A stretch of DNA of 63,443 nt, counting the filler, from Choristocarpus tenellus KU-1152 (taxonomy: Eukaryota > Protista > Phaeophyceae): the NCBI GenBank assembly GCA_964200185.2. It is 10 parts of 10 records of this genome, joined end to end, with 100 filler letters (N's around TTAATTAATTAA, not from the genome) between each part and the next. Parts side by side here need not be neighbours in the genome. Positions count along the whole stretch, not along the records: positions 10,948 to 17,624 come from CAXNAD020007590.1; positions 17,725 to 21,028 come from CAXNAD020020924.1; positions 21,129 to 24,089 come from CAXNAD020023348.1; positions 24,190 to 37,499 come from CAXNAD020001528.1; 6 more parts are not named here. One strand, given 5' to 3'. This document shows positions 11,457-24,501 of the stretch, piece by piece (the stretch's first letter is position 1; each line of letters begins with the position of its first letter). The translations under genes were made by a program, and so were the position numbers. The notes under the pieces are model-generated. The model was given only the letters and a program-made list of their open reading frames with translations. It did not search any database and had not been told where the DNA came from.

Positions 11457-14400
11457 ATATTTTGTGATTTTTTGTCCCTGAGCTGAATGTTGGCCTCCAC
11501 ATAAATCCTCCACACATGACTCACCCTATGGCAGAAACGCCCAAAAAGTATTATAATCCCCGGTCCCTCAAGTTCACGTTTCCATGGCTCATTCTTTCAT
11601 TAATTTCCTTGTGTTGCGGGTAGGAGAGTGGCATGGGTAGTGCCGCTGCCATCGTCAGTGTGGATCCTGATCTTCACGGCGATCTATCTTTCACAGAAGA
11701 AGAATTGGACAAGTTTGACTATCTTGGCATGGAGGCAGAGATAGGGGAAGGGGAGTCGGGCAGTCCACACAATAGAGACCCTGGAATGGCTGTTATTAAT
11801 TTCCTTCTCCAATGCGGACAAAGACGATCATGTGAGTACCTTGCTGTATCGTGTTGCTCTTGCCATGGTTGCGAAATGTGACCAATTTCTGGACAGCCTT
11901 CAACTGTGCATCAAAGCTGTCCGACCTCCCCATATTTTCTCATCTTGGGCAAGACAACAAGAGTATTATGCCATTTTCACCTCCTCTTTCTTCTCACCTT
12001 TGCTCCTCAGTTCTTCCCCCTCCTACCTCCGCCCTTGATGCATTCCATTGCCTAAGATGCTGAGCGCTATACCACAAATTGGATATTATTTGGTGGTTGC
12101 CAGGAGCAGACAACTTTGTTTGATATGTGCCATTGAGGGTTATCTTTTGTGCTGCTGCAACACGAGTTCTAGTTCAGAGAACACATCTTCATGCCTCATC
12201 CCCCCTTTAGGTAAGGACAAGGCCAGAGAGGCCCCATCCTCACCCCGGCTTCCACAAGACAAGTTACCGCCCAGATCTGCTCCAAAGCCTGCTCTTGGAA
12301 GCTATATCTGCCATAATTTCGTTCAAAAGGTGGATCAGGCTGCCATCCCATCTCCAACAGCAAGTGCTTTGACGAAGAGAATAGAGGAGTCGACATTGTC
12401 TCTATCCGCCACTTGCCACTCGAATACTGGCATTGATGCCTCTTCAGAGGCTGCTGATGGAGCAGCTACATCACTAACTGCTGAGAAGGTATGGCGCACC
12501 AGTGAGCTTCGCAGATTCACTGAGATTGAGATCACAGAGGATGGAATGGAGAAGGGAGAACGGGATATAGAGGGCGAAGAAAGAGCCGAGTTGGCCAATG
12601 GCTTCCTTGTGTATGGACGAACCCTAGGGTCATCAGTCAGTATCCTTGATGAGCGCGATGCAGTTGCAAGGGGGGTACGAACAACCTCCTCCTCCAAAGG
12701 GATAGCTTCTGATCAGGCTCGTCTCAAGGCTCAGGATCCCTTCCAGTGGATGGGCAGGCTCCAAGCGTGTGTCATGTCCCTTGGTGAGTTGAGTGATGAG
12801 GCTGCTGCCTCTTTGCACAGTGTCAACGAGACAAAAGGGACACCTAAGAGTCCTGTCAAAGGATCACCCGTGGACAAGTCAGTTGACAAGGGAGACAGAG
12901 GAAAAATGGAAGAAAGAAGAGGGTTTCCAGAGGAGGAGATGGATTGGGCAGCTACTGAAGATGTGCATGGGACATTGTCCATGTTTAAGTATGATGGTGA
13001 GATTACAAAGACCTCAGACAGAGAGACATTTTGGAGAGAGGGAGCAAGGGGTGGGGAGATGTTGGACTCGACAATAAATGGTAACAATTTGACATTTTCA
13101 AACTCAGGTGATGACAAAGACAATGACATTACTGGGAGTGACATGGACTGGGGTAATGCTGTAAGGCGAAAAAATTCTGAGATTTCAGTGTCAGAGAGAG
13201 TCCCTGGAGAGGATGGTGCAGGAGTGTCAACAGTGAGGAAAAAGCCCGACAGAGTGGCTGGGCCACTTCTTGAACAGGATTTATCTGTTAGGGAGGTCAA
13301 GGTAGCTCATGTATGATATCAGCTGATTATTGACCTGAAGTTAAATTTGCTAGCTACTGCCACTTAAGAATTCAGTTGTCTCTGAACCTAGTACCAAGTA
13401 AATTGCTGGTTCTTGAATCCCTTCTGGTACTAGATTGCATAGTAAAAGACTTATGTATCCCCTATTGGGAATAGAAACAGAGTAGTATGGCTGCAAGGTG
13501 TTAGTTACATCACAGGTATTCACAGCTTTTTTCCTTATGCAGCATGCTGCTACATTTGTGCTGATTCTTCGAGAACTAACTTACATTCTCATTGCTCTAC
13601 TACCATATCGATCTTCCATCTCTCTTCTGGTCCCTGGAACTTATTGTGGATATCTATTCGGGTATCAATTCTAAGCCCCCAGTTTCAAGTGTGGAGTACA
13701 ATGACTCTTCGCCTGTGGCGCCCCCTCGGCTCAATTCAGTGGGGCCTTGCCCCATGCCTGGCGGAAGAGGTGGCAGAGGTGGTCGAGGCAGCAATTGGCT
13801 CCTGCCACGAAATGCAATCACTAAGGTGATCCCTCGCATAAACTCCACACTGCCCACTGTTTCAAAGCCTGACGTTGCCGGTGTGGCTCAAGACAAAGAT
13901 GGCACCTTGCAGGTGAGCTGGGGGCTCTTGGGCAGGCCTCTATCACAGCTGGTGAAGGAAAGGGTTCAATGACTGTTGGGAAGAACGATAGACTCCTTTT
14001 CAAGGCAGTTACTGTGAATCTAACTTTGCCTTCACAATCCATTAATTTGCATTGCACAAAGGTAGAGCAGAAAAAACGGAAATATTATAGAAACTTGTGC
14101 CTTGTTACTCTAGTCAAGAAACTAACACATACCCTAGGATTACTCGAGATACTGCATCTGAAAAAACACAAATCGAATTTGTATTAGCAGTGGTATTTCA
14201 CCGAGTAACTGCACACACAACCTGATCCATATTGGAAGGTGTCCCACAAAACAATAGTAGACAAGGCCCTTCAAGGCAAGTCCTCATTTCCACTCCGGAG
14301 TAGAGCTCTTTACTTCACCCGGAATTAATGATTCCGAACAAATCCCTCCAGTGAAGGCCGCACCACACTCTAATCATACTACCAAATTGGCTGTAGCTTG

Positions 14401-16928
14401 GTTGAAATGGATTGTGGGCGGGACATTCTTGAGGTGCTGTGAATGATCTTTTCGAGTCCTGCCTTTGGAGAAGGAGATGCAGGATTTGGAATGCAATACT
14501 CTGTCGCCTCCTCTACCTCCATCATCTCTCCTAACTGTAATCTATGGTATATTTGGTGGAAACAATTGCCCAGGAAAATCTTGAGCAAAATTTCTCTCTG
14601 GACATTGGGCTAGAAACAGGATCGGAAAGGGTGTTGGAAAAAGTGGGGCCTTTGCTGTCTGTGAACTCAACACAGCATCCATTGACGGGCAGGGAGGAGT
14701 GCCTGAAGCAAGACCTTGTTCCTGCTCAAGGTGAAACTCAATACAACCTGGTAAGCTGTGTGAGTGAGAACTAGGCTGCGTGTTATATTTTGTACCCTGG
14801 GCCAGAGCATTATTTTGAGACATTTCCTTGTTGTGCAGGGAAGAATTAAACTTCCATCAATCTATGGTTGATTGTCCTTCCTGCAAAGATGTTTCAAAGT
14901 CAGTTCATCACTTTTATGAAGGAATGTGCTTCAATCCTTCCCCTCTCTCCCCTTCCCGACTTCTCTCTTACCCACATCTCCATGTAATGTCTCAGTAGAC
15001 TCACTCGATACATATTTTCAGTCAAGACAAAACACGGGGAGAAGTGGAAAGTCAATTCAATGGGTATGTAGTGGTGATTCAGCTATCTATCGCAGGTCTA
15101 TACTTGAGGTGTGGGCACGATTTGGTGTTGCCACTCAATTCCAAGGAAATGATGACATAGGCAGTCTCACACCTCACACAAACTTGTAATGTCCTTGTGG
15201 ATGTCCGTTTTATTCATGATACCATAGTAGCAAATGCTACCTCATACGCTAGTTGTGACGCATTCTCCCTCATCACGATAGCCCATGTTCAGACTGAATG
15301 GTACGGCAGCACTCCCTACTCTCCTCAATCCCCACACAGAGTACCACATGTAAAGAGAAACAACAGAACGACACCCTAGAGCTCAAGGAGCTGAATGATA
15401 AGGAGGAAGGCAGAACATCAGTGGTCTTGAAGAACCTTAAATCGATGTGAGTATCTTCTGAAGGGTACCATACTTTGTAGTGGTTGACCCTATCCTTGGA
15501 ATCGTTTTTGTAACACTAGGATGTAACTTGGGATCATGAATCTGGGAATGAGCTGTGATAGAATGAAAATTCTTAGATTATTTCCAGGTAACCCATAGCT
15601 ATGATCTAGTAAAGGGATCGATTTTAGCTCCGAGTTTTCCTGAGGTATGCTTCCAAAGTAGTACGAGTAGGACTGGAGAGAGGGGAAATGCTTTTTACTA
15701 GCACACTGATATTCCACTAGGTAGGATGCATTCCAATTCAGACTTTGTAGATTGTGGAAAAATCAATCACCCGAGGTCCTGTTAAAACAATGATGTTCTT
15801 CCCGTTGCTCTTTTCTTACAGCTCATCATCCATAGCAATATCTTTGCCACCAAGGCCAAATTCCAGTCCGGTGGGGGGAAGTCGTTCAGAGTTGATGCAG
15901 CAGGAAATAGCTGGTTTCTGTCATCCTCTGCCCGCTGAGCTGGAGAGCATCTTTGCCCCTGTCTTTATTGACCAAGACTATTCCTCAGCGCCTAAGAAGG
16001 TGCTTTTTTTGGAATACTCAATAAATATGGAGTCCGATTTTCATAGGGCACACTGTAGATGAGACTTTCTTCCCTTTGTAGCAAAGATATTCTGAAATTT
16101 GCTGGTCATACATGGAATGGAACTTGGAGGTAGTAATGGGCAGCCAATGTCTTGCTCTATATCTAGTAAGTGGGCATGTTTTGAGTGGAACACGAAACCA
16201 TAGTACATGAATCTGACATACCTAGGACAAACGTCCTGGTGAACCTTTTCCCCTCATGTCATGTAGCTCTCTATTCTCCTTCGTGCTTACGACCCGATCA
16301 ATATACTATATCCTCTTACTCACCCCCCATTCTCATTCACACTGCTGTCTTGTCAACTTTTTCTGTGACTATATAGCTCATCCGCCGATTCAGTGCCAGT
16401 GCTTCTATTGGCAGTAGGGATATCTCTGTCAATTCAATCACACCAAAGAGCAGGAAGAAAGAGCTGGCTGTTCATGGTTGTGCTATATTGCAACAGGGAG
16501 CTATTGAGCCCCATGCGTTGTGTCAAGAGCAAAAAAGTGAACCAGAACAGCGGGGGGAGGGAGCTAAACCTGTTGTGAAAAATGGAGGGAGCACAACGGT
16601 TGAAGATGGAAGGGAAGAGGAGGATCATTGGAAACCACGATTAAGGTGATATCCCAGGAATAGTGATACTTGTACTGTGTAAAATACTTGAAAATTGGGT
16701 TGCTTTGTCAAAGCTCTGATCCAGTTTTGATATCAATTACTATGGTCTTTGTTATCCTAAGCCTTGACTCCTAATCCCAACACTAGATATAAGTGTACTG
16801 GACTATAACGCGAGAGCATGGGCAAAGTATTCAATCTTTTTGTTTTTAGAGTACAGCGAATAGGAGTCACTTCAGGCATTCACATAATCGCCTTCGATGC
16901 CAACCTTGGAGTCTACAATATTTTGTGA
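11246..16928 (+). CDS. Multi-exon hypothetical protein (low-complexity, charged/Ser-rich), 5' end missing
   Basis: AG/GT-bounded exons at about 11246-11338 (TFEPERVAAFELEK...), 11624-11831, 12211-13301 (within the 422-aa ORF), 13676-13912, about 14578-14750, 15380-15446, 15821-15999, 16377-16645 and a terminal exon about 16850-16928 ending in TGA. No recognisable domain. Confidence 0.6.
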
Positions 16929-18619
16929 GAAAATACTTTTCAAATACCGCACTGATTTGCAGCACAAGAGATTGCTGTGTGAAACACGTTTTGATAAGAT
17001 TCAAGGAGGTGGTTTTCCAGTCATGCAAGGTCATTGTATTCCGTCTCAAAAGCGTAAGAAGCCCTTGTCATGGGCGAGGATTGTATGACTCAGAAGTTAA
17101 TTCCAAAAATCTGTAGGTATGTTGCAGTAATGTCCTGGTTAGAAGAATGCATCCACTTCAAACACGTTGGATTGTTCTGATATCATTTCTTAAAAACCCT
17201 AACCTTCAACCTAAACTCACAACATATCCATACACACACTGCATGGATATCCATGCCAAATAGCTGTACTCACCCTTTCCCTCCTTTGTCAGTATTCCGA
17301 CCACCTACATCTACGTACGATGGTTCCTTAGCATGGTATGACGCACCATACAACACAGCTTCACTTTGTGAACTTCAGAACGTTATCCGAGCAAAATGTT
17401 CACAAAATAGCTCTACTACCGCATGTGTTTACTGTTGTTGGATAGTGGATCAAATGGTACCGACACCACCACCCCTCTCACATGCAAGAGCCTCACGAGT
17501 AAGATTACATGGAGCTGAGGGATAAGAGTTTGATTTAATATGCTCTGAACTATGTTGCACCATCCTAATGAGTGAAAGTATCTGAGAGGGTACGAGTTTT
17601 TCCCTGTTTGTCCATTTGGGGTTTNNNNNNNNNNNNNNNNNNNNNNNNNNNNNNNNNNNNNNNNNNNNTTAATTAATTAANNNNNNNNNNNNNNNNNNNN
17701 NNNNNNNNNNNNNNNNNNNNNNNNCAAAATCGCGACATGAAAAAATTGACCCCAAATGGACAGCTTCCACCAGGAGGTTGATGTCACATGGGACATTGTC
17801 CGCCTTCGCGACGCATTCGATTGTCTTCAGCACCATTATGCGGTGTTGTCCATCAGACAAAATAAGAGGTTGTCGCTGTTGTCTTTATCCCTATTGTCAC
17901 CATTCTCGTTTACGTCCAGGTTGCCGTTGGCGATGTAGTTTGCAAGTAGTTCGCCATCAGGCACACTAGAGAAGAGGGCACGTTTGCCTTGCGCATGTTG
18001 GCTTTGAAGTCGCTTATGGTTTGCCATCTCGAGGAGAGTGAAAAAGGTTGCCCACTCAGGATCCCCACGAGCCTATATCAGTGGTGACCTGTGGGTCTGG
18101 TCCAAACTTCAAGAACATCGACTCCACTCTACCGTTGTCAAGAAGGTTGGCGTTGTACCTCTGTGACAAGAAGTCAGATGTGGCCAGGTCCATCGTACTG
18201 TCGTCTTTTGGTCTTCAGGATTCCTTGGGCCTCCAGCCGACTGTCTGCAAAGGTAGGGGGGAAAATGTGACGGCAACGGTTTCAGCAAATGAGAAGGATA
18301 TCGACGCAGGGGTGGATGCTATTGTTAGGCGATCACAACAAGGGTGTTTTTGTACAAACAGTGATAGACTATGTGATTAATGATGACGGGATCTGTACAG
18401 AGTGCAAGGTTCGTGTCCATGCGTGGGCTATGCAAACGTGATATGAAAAGGGCGTAGCGATGCTGTGGACATGAGGACGGTGTAGCGTTTTCCTTGAAGG
18501 CTGCTCTTTGCTAACATGTATTGAACAATAAACCCCGCCGACATGGGATGAATGTTGAATATGAGAACGTATCAATACCGTACGCAGACGGGAAGGAATT
18601 TTGCGCCGACCAAGGTCAC

Positions 18620-19045
18620 ATGCCGAGAGGGTAATCATGCATAGGTTTGTGCTTGACATAGGGCAGACAATAATTAATGAATTTGATGTGTTTTCTGTCG
18701 AACAACGGTAAAGGCCATCAATTCCCAAAGCGCGAAAAGACGGTTAGGTTGTCGATTTGAAACAAGAATCTTGAGCAGGAAAAAATTACGTCGAACCGCG
18801 AAAGTGAAAGATGAGGATGAAAGGAATTTATGAGTCAACCTGGGTTGGATGTCGGGAGGGCAACCATGCACAGGTTTGTTCTTGACATATGGCAGATAGT
18901 AATGAATGAATTTGTTGTGTTCTGTAGAACGGTAAAGGCCATCAAATTCCAAAGCGCAAGACGGTTGGGGGGTGTGTATGTCGATTTGAAATACGAACAA
19001 CCTAAGCAGGAAAACATTACGTCGAACCACGGAAGTGAAAGCATG
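18620..19045. repeat. Diverged direct duplication (about 230-bp unit, two copies)
   Basis: GCATAGGTTTGTGCTTGACATA...ACGGTAAAGGCCATCAATTCC...TTACGTCGAACC occurs at about 18639 and again at about 18868. Confidence 0.8.
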
Positions 19046-19593
19046 AATGCACCAGTTTGATACGTACATGTCCATTTTGGAACGTACTTCTAAGCATAAA
19101 TTTGATATGTTCTGTCGGTTGGTGGAAGCGCGATCAAATTCTAAGTTTAGGGTTAGCGGGGTTTTTGGACTAAGATACGCGCGCGTGATGATACCATCAT
19201 GCGAGTTGTATCGAGATTGCATTGTTACGCGATACAAACCTTATCGGAAAGGTCCCAATGGTATTGGAGCCCTTACACGTGCGTATCGAAGGTGTCACCT
19301 TGTCACACTCGACAGGCAGATGTTGTGGTGCGTGTAATTGCATCGTGGAATTTTTCTTCTATTTCGGATCAGTTGTCTGGTTACTCCCAACATATGCGAC
19401 TGCAACACATGTTCTAATTTTGGAAAAAGGTTTGGTCAAATTCGCTGCTATCAGTTCAGATGAAAGCCACTGAATTGATTCTACATTGACATGTTCGATG
19501 CAAGGTGAAATCTGTCTCTTGGCGGATTGGGATTAGTGTTCGAAATGTAGGCATCTTTTTTTTATAGGGCTAGGGTTGGTATCATGGGTGCGC

Positions 19594-19845
19594 GGGTCGA
19601 AGTATCTTAGGGGTAGGGTCGCGTCCATTTGGCGGCCGAATTCAAATGTGTTGCATTTTTGCTGCAATTCTTGCCATCATTTTGTTTGGAGATGTCAATG
19701 TCCTTTTTCTGAACGCTCCTTTCCATAATGTACACATTGTACTTCTCCAAAACGTTTTAAAGTACAATGTCGTTGAAAACCCGCGGGCAGCCAAGCCCCA
19801 AAGGACAACAAGCGAAAAACTCGTAGCCTCTAAGATACTTAGGCA
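19594..19845. mobile_element. TIR MITE (AGAGGG subfamily, diverged copy)
   Basis: Termini GGGTCGAAGTATCTTAGGGG ... CCTCTAAGATACTTAGG resemble the family TIR. Confidence 0.6.
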
Positions 19846-19952
19846 ACATTGACATCAGGGCTTACGCTGTCAGTGACTGGGGTGGCAGAATATGCTTTAT
19901 GAACGGTTTCGATCAAACACTATATAGATGCGACAGTTGTGATTTTGATGAT

Positions 19953-20762
19953 ACCACTATTGACAGCTGGTGTGTACACAGTGGGAAAGGTAATGAATAC
20001 AGGGCATCGAATTCGAAAATGTTGGTGACACCACCATCTGCAGCTGGTGAGTATACGGTTATAAAGGTAAGGTAACAAATACAGGGCATTGAATTTGAAA
20101 ATTTCGGTATTACCACTGCTTACAGCTGGTGCGTACACGATTTTAAAGGTAATAAATACAGGGCATCGAATCTGAAAACGTCGGTGACACCACCATTGAC
20201 AGCTGGTGTGTACACATTTGTAAGGGTAGTAAAAGCAGGGCATTGTATCTGAAAACGTTGGTGACACCACCATTGACAGCTGGTGTGTACACGGTGGAAA
20301 AGGTAACAAATACAGGGCATCGAATCTGAAAATGTTGGTGTTGCCACCATTGACAGCTGTTGTGTACTGTACAATATAGGCTAGGTAGTCTATAGGCTGT
20401 CTTTAGTGTGTTCGATACTATAAGATAGAAGCATTGCCTGAATGGAGTAATTGTCAAGGACTTGTTTCCGTGTGCTTAGATTAGTAGGTTCGTGTCTCGA
20501 TGGAATGATTTCTTGTCTTCGTTTTAATATAAGTGGCTGACGAGCGCGACTAACACAGACACATTTTTGACGTGTCTGCTGACGTGCGCAATATATAATA
20601 ACATAAGGGAGAGCACCACCCCACCGAGGGTTGTGCTCACCCGGCTAATAAATACATCCATACCACATAAAGCAAAGACTCTTTGGAATAGCTCTCTTTT
20701 GCATATGTACACGGTTGCATAGGTAATAAATACAGGGCATCGAATTTGTAAAGATGTTGGTA
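19953..20762. repeat. 77-bp tandem repeat array (about 6 units) interrupted by a solo LTR
   Basis: Unit is approximately CCACCATTGACAGCTGGTGTGTACACGGTGGAAAAGGTAACAAATACAGGGCATCGAATCTGAAAATGTTGGTGACA. The motif CATTGAC recurs at 20194, 20271 and 20348 (period 77), and the array resumes after 20706. Confidence 0.9.
20368..20705 (+). mobile_element. Solo LTR (Copia family related to 60233) inside the tandem array
   Basis: Starts TGTACAATATAGGCT and shares GAGAGCACC...CCACCGAGGG.TGTGCTCAC...GCTAATAAATA.ATCCATACCAC with the 4487-4888 copy. A 5-bp TSD TGTAC sits at 20363-20367 and 20706-20710. Confidence 0.85.
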
Positions 20763-21859
20763 CAAGCTCTGAATACAAATGAATACGTAAACATGTTTTG
20801 CCGTGTGGTTGTGTTCACGACCAAGAAAAACGCAATGAGGGGTAGATACGTTGGAAACTCTTCACGTCGCCAATCTTGGCCTAGCGTGAGCATTTCCTCC
20901 CTGGATTTCAAAGCGCCATGACATGGAGGCCTCTTAGTATGCACGAAACAAAAACTCGCCAGCGTCGACAATGCCATGGACATTGGGTCAAAGCATCTTG
21001 GGGGGGGGTGTCGGCGTCCGTTTTTCACNNNNNNNNNNNNNNNNNNNNNNNNNNNNNNNNNNNNNNNNNNNNTTAATTAATTAANNNNNNNNNNNNNNNN
21101 NNNNNNNNNNNNNNNNNNNNNNNNNNNNGATTGGGTACACGCGGGGGGGGGGGAGAGGGGTGGGGGGTTACAGCAGGAAAGGAGCTGTCAAATCCCGTTT
21201 ACTACAGATAGTGTGTGACTACACAAGTGGTTCTCTCCAAGACTTGTCATGCGTTTTAAAGTGGAGACATCAGGGAGATGGTCTAGGAGGGCCCTGTCAT
21301 ATTCTTATGGTGCTTCCCTACCTCCTCGTCCTGTAGTGTAGGGCTAAGCTACGTTGGAGGCAATAGCAGTAATATAACATAACACTTTAATTACGAGGTT
21401 TTGATGGGATTGTTGTGGTATAGCTGGTAGTCAAATAGTAATGGATTTTGGAGAGGTATCTTTCACATTTACAATTATCACTTTTACTGGGGCCCTTATG
21501 ATATTGAATGGGCTTTTCCCCTGACACATCCGCAAAATGTCAGAGGGCATAATAATATAAAAAAAATTAGACCTAAGAAGATGAAAGACCACACCCATCC
21601 ACCATGGTGGGTACAAAACTGTTTTCTACCGACACTTTAAAATGGTTCAAGGTACCTCCCTTACGCTAGTAACGAATCTCTGTTGTAAGAAGACCAAGCA
21701 CTCATCATGAAATGGTGAGCCCCAAAACTTCGAAGTGGTCAATTTACAAGGTTGACCAACCTCAACCATGCCCTTAGGGCAGGAGCCCTAGAACAATGAT
21801 CCACTACCTATGTATGTAGCACCCACTGATACACCAACAAACTGGTGCAGGTGACTGAC

Positions 21860-22120
21860 GCAATCTGGGCCATAGGAAATGGGAAGGCAGCGGGTCAGAA
21901 TGACCTTCCACCCGAGATCCTGAAATGAAGTATGATTGTTATCCTCCAGAGTTTCCATGAGAAGAATTGTGTTGGCTGTATGGGACCGGAAGGGATATGC
22001 TACAGGTTTGGAAGGATGCAGTCATCAATGTGTTCCACAAGATGAAGGACTGTACAGATTATGGTAACTACAGGGGTATGTCATTGGTGGCACACACTGG
22101 CAAGTGCTTTGTCAAGAGGG
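21860..22120 (+). mobile_element. Non-LTR retrotransposon (RTE-like LINE) reverse transcriptase remnant
   Basis: AIGNGKAAGQNDLPPEILK ... WKDAVINVFHKMKDCTDYGNYRGMSLVAHTGK matches the LINE RT N-terminal motifs KAPGxD and NYRGISL. It contains stops and frameshifts. Confidence 0.8.
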
Positions 22121-22789
22121 ACCGTTATGACATTGAAGCGACTGTGAACCATGTAAATGGTCCCATACCATCACTGGTTTCTGCATAATCATACCATGCT
22201 GTAAAAAAAATAAACCGAAAATCTGTAATCACCGACAGATCACGTGGTGGGTGGTAAGGGGGGAAGAGAGTTCAGCAGGAAGGGACCAATGAAGGTGCAC
22301 CTGTTACAAGATTGTCTCCGTAACGACACAGCAATATGAAGGAATTTTATACGCTTCAAGTTGGTTAGGAGGATACATTGAGTAGCTAGGCGCGGCAGGG
22401 CCTGACAACTGTTGGGATTTTTTTCTTGTATCTAGACCGCCTTCATAGTGCCAGTCTAGGAGTACCTTCAGTTAGTTGTGTGTGTGTAATGCAGTTTGTA
22501 TCTTGTTTTTGGATATACTCCCACTGTCCCACAGGTCTGGGCCGTTAAGTTGTAGCTCTCCGATTACAAAAACAAACTAAACTTTTGCGTTGGATCCTTG
22601 GAACATTTTATTGTAGAGAACTAAATTTCAAAGGATTCTACAAAGAATTCTGTTCTAAATTGGTTCCGAAAGAATGAAATATAGAATGGGGCATATTCTT
22701 ACTTCCTTGTCCCATATGTCTGTTTTCTTGTGAATAACGTTTTCAAATGTGAGACTCAGAAACTACAACAAATATTTATTGTTGGATAG

Positions 22790-23360
22790 CCAACATCACC
22801 TTAAGAATAAATACCTTCAAAATACTCTTTCATTTTGAAATGGTTGAGAAACCACCCTCTGAACACAAACATTTTTTTTCGGAAATGGCAGATTTAGCAA
22901 CAACAGCAAAACTGGTCAAAAATGACTGGAAATGATGGTTAATTTGCCATAACGTCTCAACGAGACGTCCGATTAAGTCGTGGTTAGTTGCATTGGATTC
23001 CTTGGCGTTTTTTGTAATAAATTAAGTACTCGTCAGTCTCATTTTCTCCTGAGGGCGTTCTGGATCTCTTGATCCCCATTGACAGAGGCGTGTGCAACCC
23101 GGGCGCAACTTGGTGGATTGAGGGAGAGAACGAGAGTGACGAGTAATATATTATAATTACGAAAACGCCAAGGAATCCAACACAACTAACCGCGTCTTCA
23201 TCGGAAATCTAGTCGAGGTGTTATGGCCAGACATTTTTGGGCGTTTTTTGCTGTTTTTGCTAAATCTGCCATTTCTGATTGTGTTCAGAGGGTGGTTTCT
23301 CAACCATTTCGAAATGAACAAATTTTTGAAGATATCTATGTGCAAGGTAGATGGCGTTTG
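22790..23360. repeat. Long inverted repeat / foldback-like element
   Basis: The left arm (TTGAAATGGTTGAGAAACCACCCTCTGAACAC...GGCAGATTTAGCA...TTGGATTCCTTGGCGTTTT) is the reverse complement of the right arm at 23155-23360, around a central spacer of about 130 bp. Confidence 0.8.
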
Positions 23361-24501
23361 TGTTTATGAAAAATAAAAAATTATAAATTTAGGATTGGAC
23401 CCTAAAGAAATTGCAGCAAAAATTGCTGAAATATTTTTTGTGCAAGCCAAAGTTGTTGGCTTTGGAACGATATTATTTCTGAATCTCACCTGTGAAAAAG
23501 TTATTAGCAAAAACCTTAACGACCCAAACTTATGGGATAGGGAGAATACAACAGTTTTGCATACTCCTAGCAGTTTGGAAGGTCGATTTCATTAAAATAA
23601 AATGTAGAGTTACTGTTACAGGCGAATAGAGCGAGCATTTCTTCTCGTGTTCTAGCAAGCGCGAGCAGTATACACACGTGAGGATTCTTACAAGAGCAAT
23701 TCTGATTTGCCAGAAGATGCAGAGTAAGATTTGTAACGTATAAGTAATCTTACAGAATGAATACCGATTTTTTATAACTTACAGGAAAGATTTGTAATTT
23801 GAGTAAGTATACAACAGCTAGCAAATGTCTTTTGACTTGTAGTCTGTAGAAATCGGGTGGATGATGACGTAAATGTGAGAATACTTTGATGGTCACTCAT
23901 TGTATTTCTTGCTCACTATATTTTTTTCTCGAATAAAACATTAAGTCAAGCATTGACATAATAAGCACTGAGTGAAGCATCGAGAGAAGAGTGGCTGACA
24001 CTGCAAGTGTCTATCAACTGTTGAAATACCCAATAACAGGGGATTCGCAAAATTGAGGATGGCGCGGGACTATGAGGATGGTTGTTTTTNNNNNNNNNNN
24101 NNNNNNNNNNNNNNNNNNNNNNNNNNNNNNNNNTTAATTAATTAANNNNNNNNNNNNNNNNNNNNNNNNNNNNNNNNNNNNNNNNNNNNCCCCCCCCCCA
24201 GATACTTTGACCCAATATATTTGCTGGGAGGCTTACACTTGCTGGGAGGCTTACACATAAATATAGACTTTCCAAAGATGTAGTGGGCAATGCATGGTGA
24301 TTCATTTGACAAGCACAGACTATAAACAAGTTTTAAGACTGAATGCCACTATTGCCAAAAGCCTTATTATTCAGGCCACAGTTCATAGTGTGATGCACGT
24401 GCATACTAAGCAAAAGACGAAAGCAGAGATTTGAAAAGATGATAAATGAGATTAACAGAAGGGTACCCACAGCAGGGTAACAAATTAGTGCGCTTGCTTG
24501 C

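Noticed and set aside
12731-13300. 189-aa antisense ORF (and similar antisense ORFs at 47772-48149 and 51306-51653)
   Set aside because: Shadow ORFs opposite real exons.
19913-20457. Overlapping repeat-protein ORFs on the minus strand
   Set aside because: The 77-bp period is not a multiple of 3, so the same peptides rotate through frames. This is a non-coding tandem repeat.
19953-20762. Possible CRISPR-like repeat-spacer array
   Set aside because: The variable parts are short and homologous to each other, the whole 77-bp unit repeats, there are no cas genes, and the context is eukaryotic.
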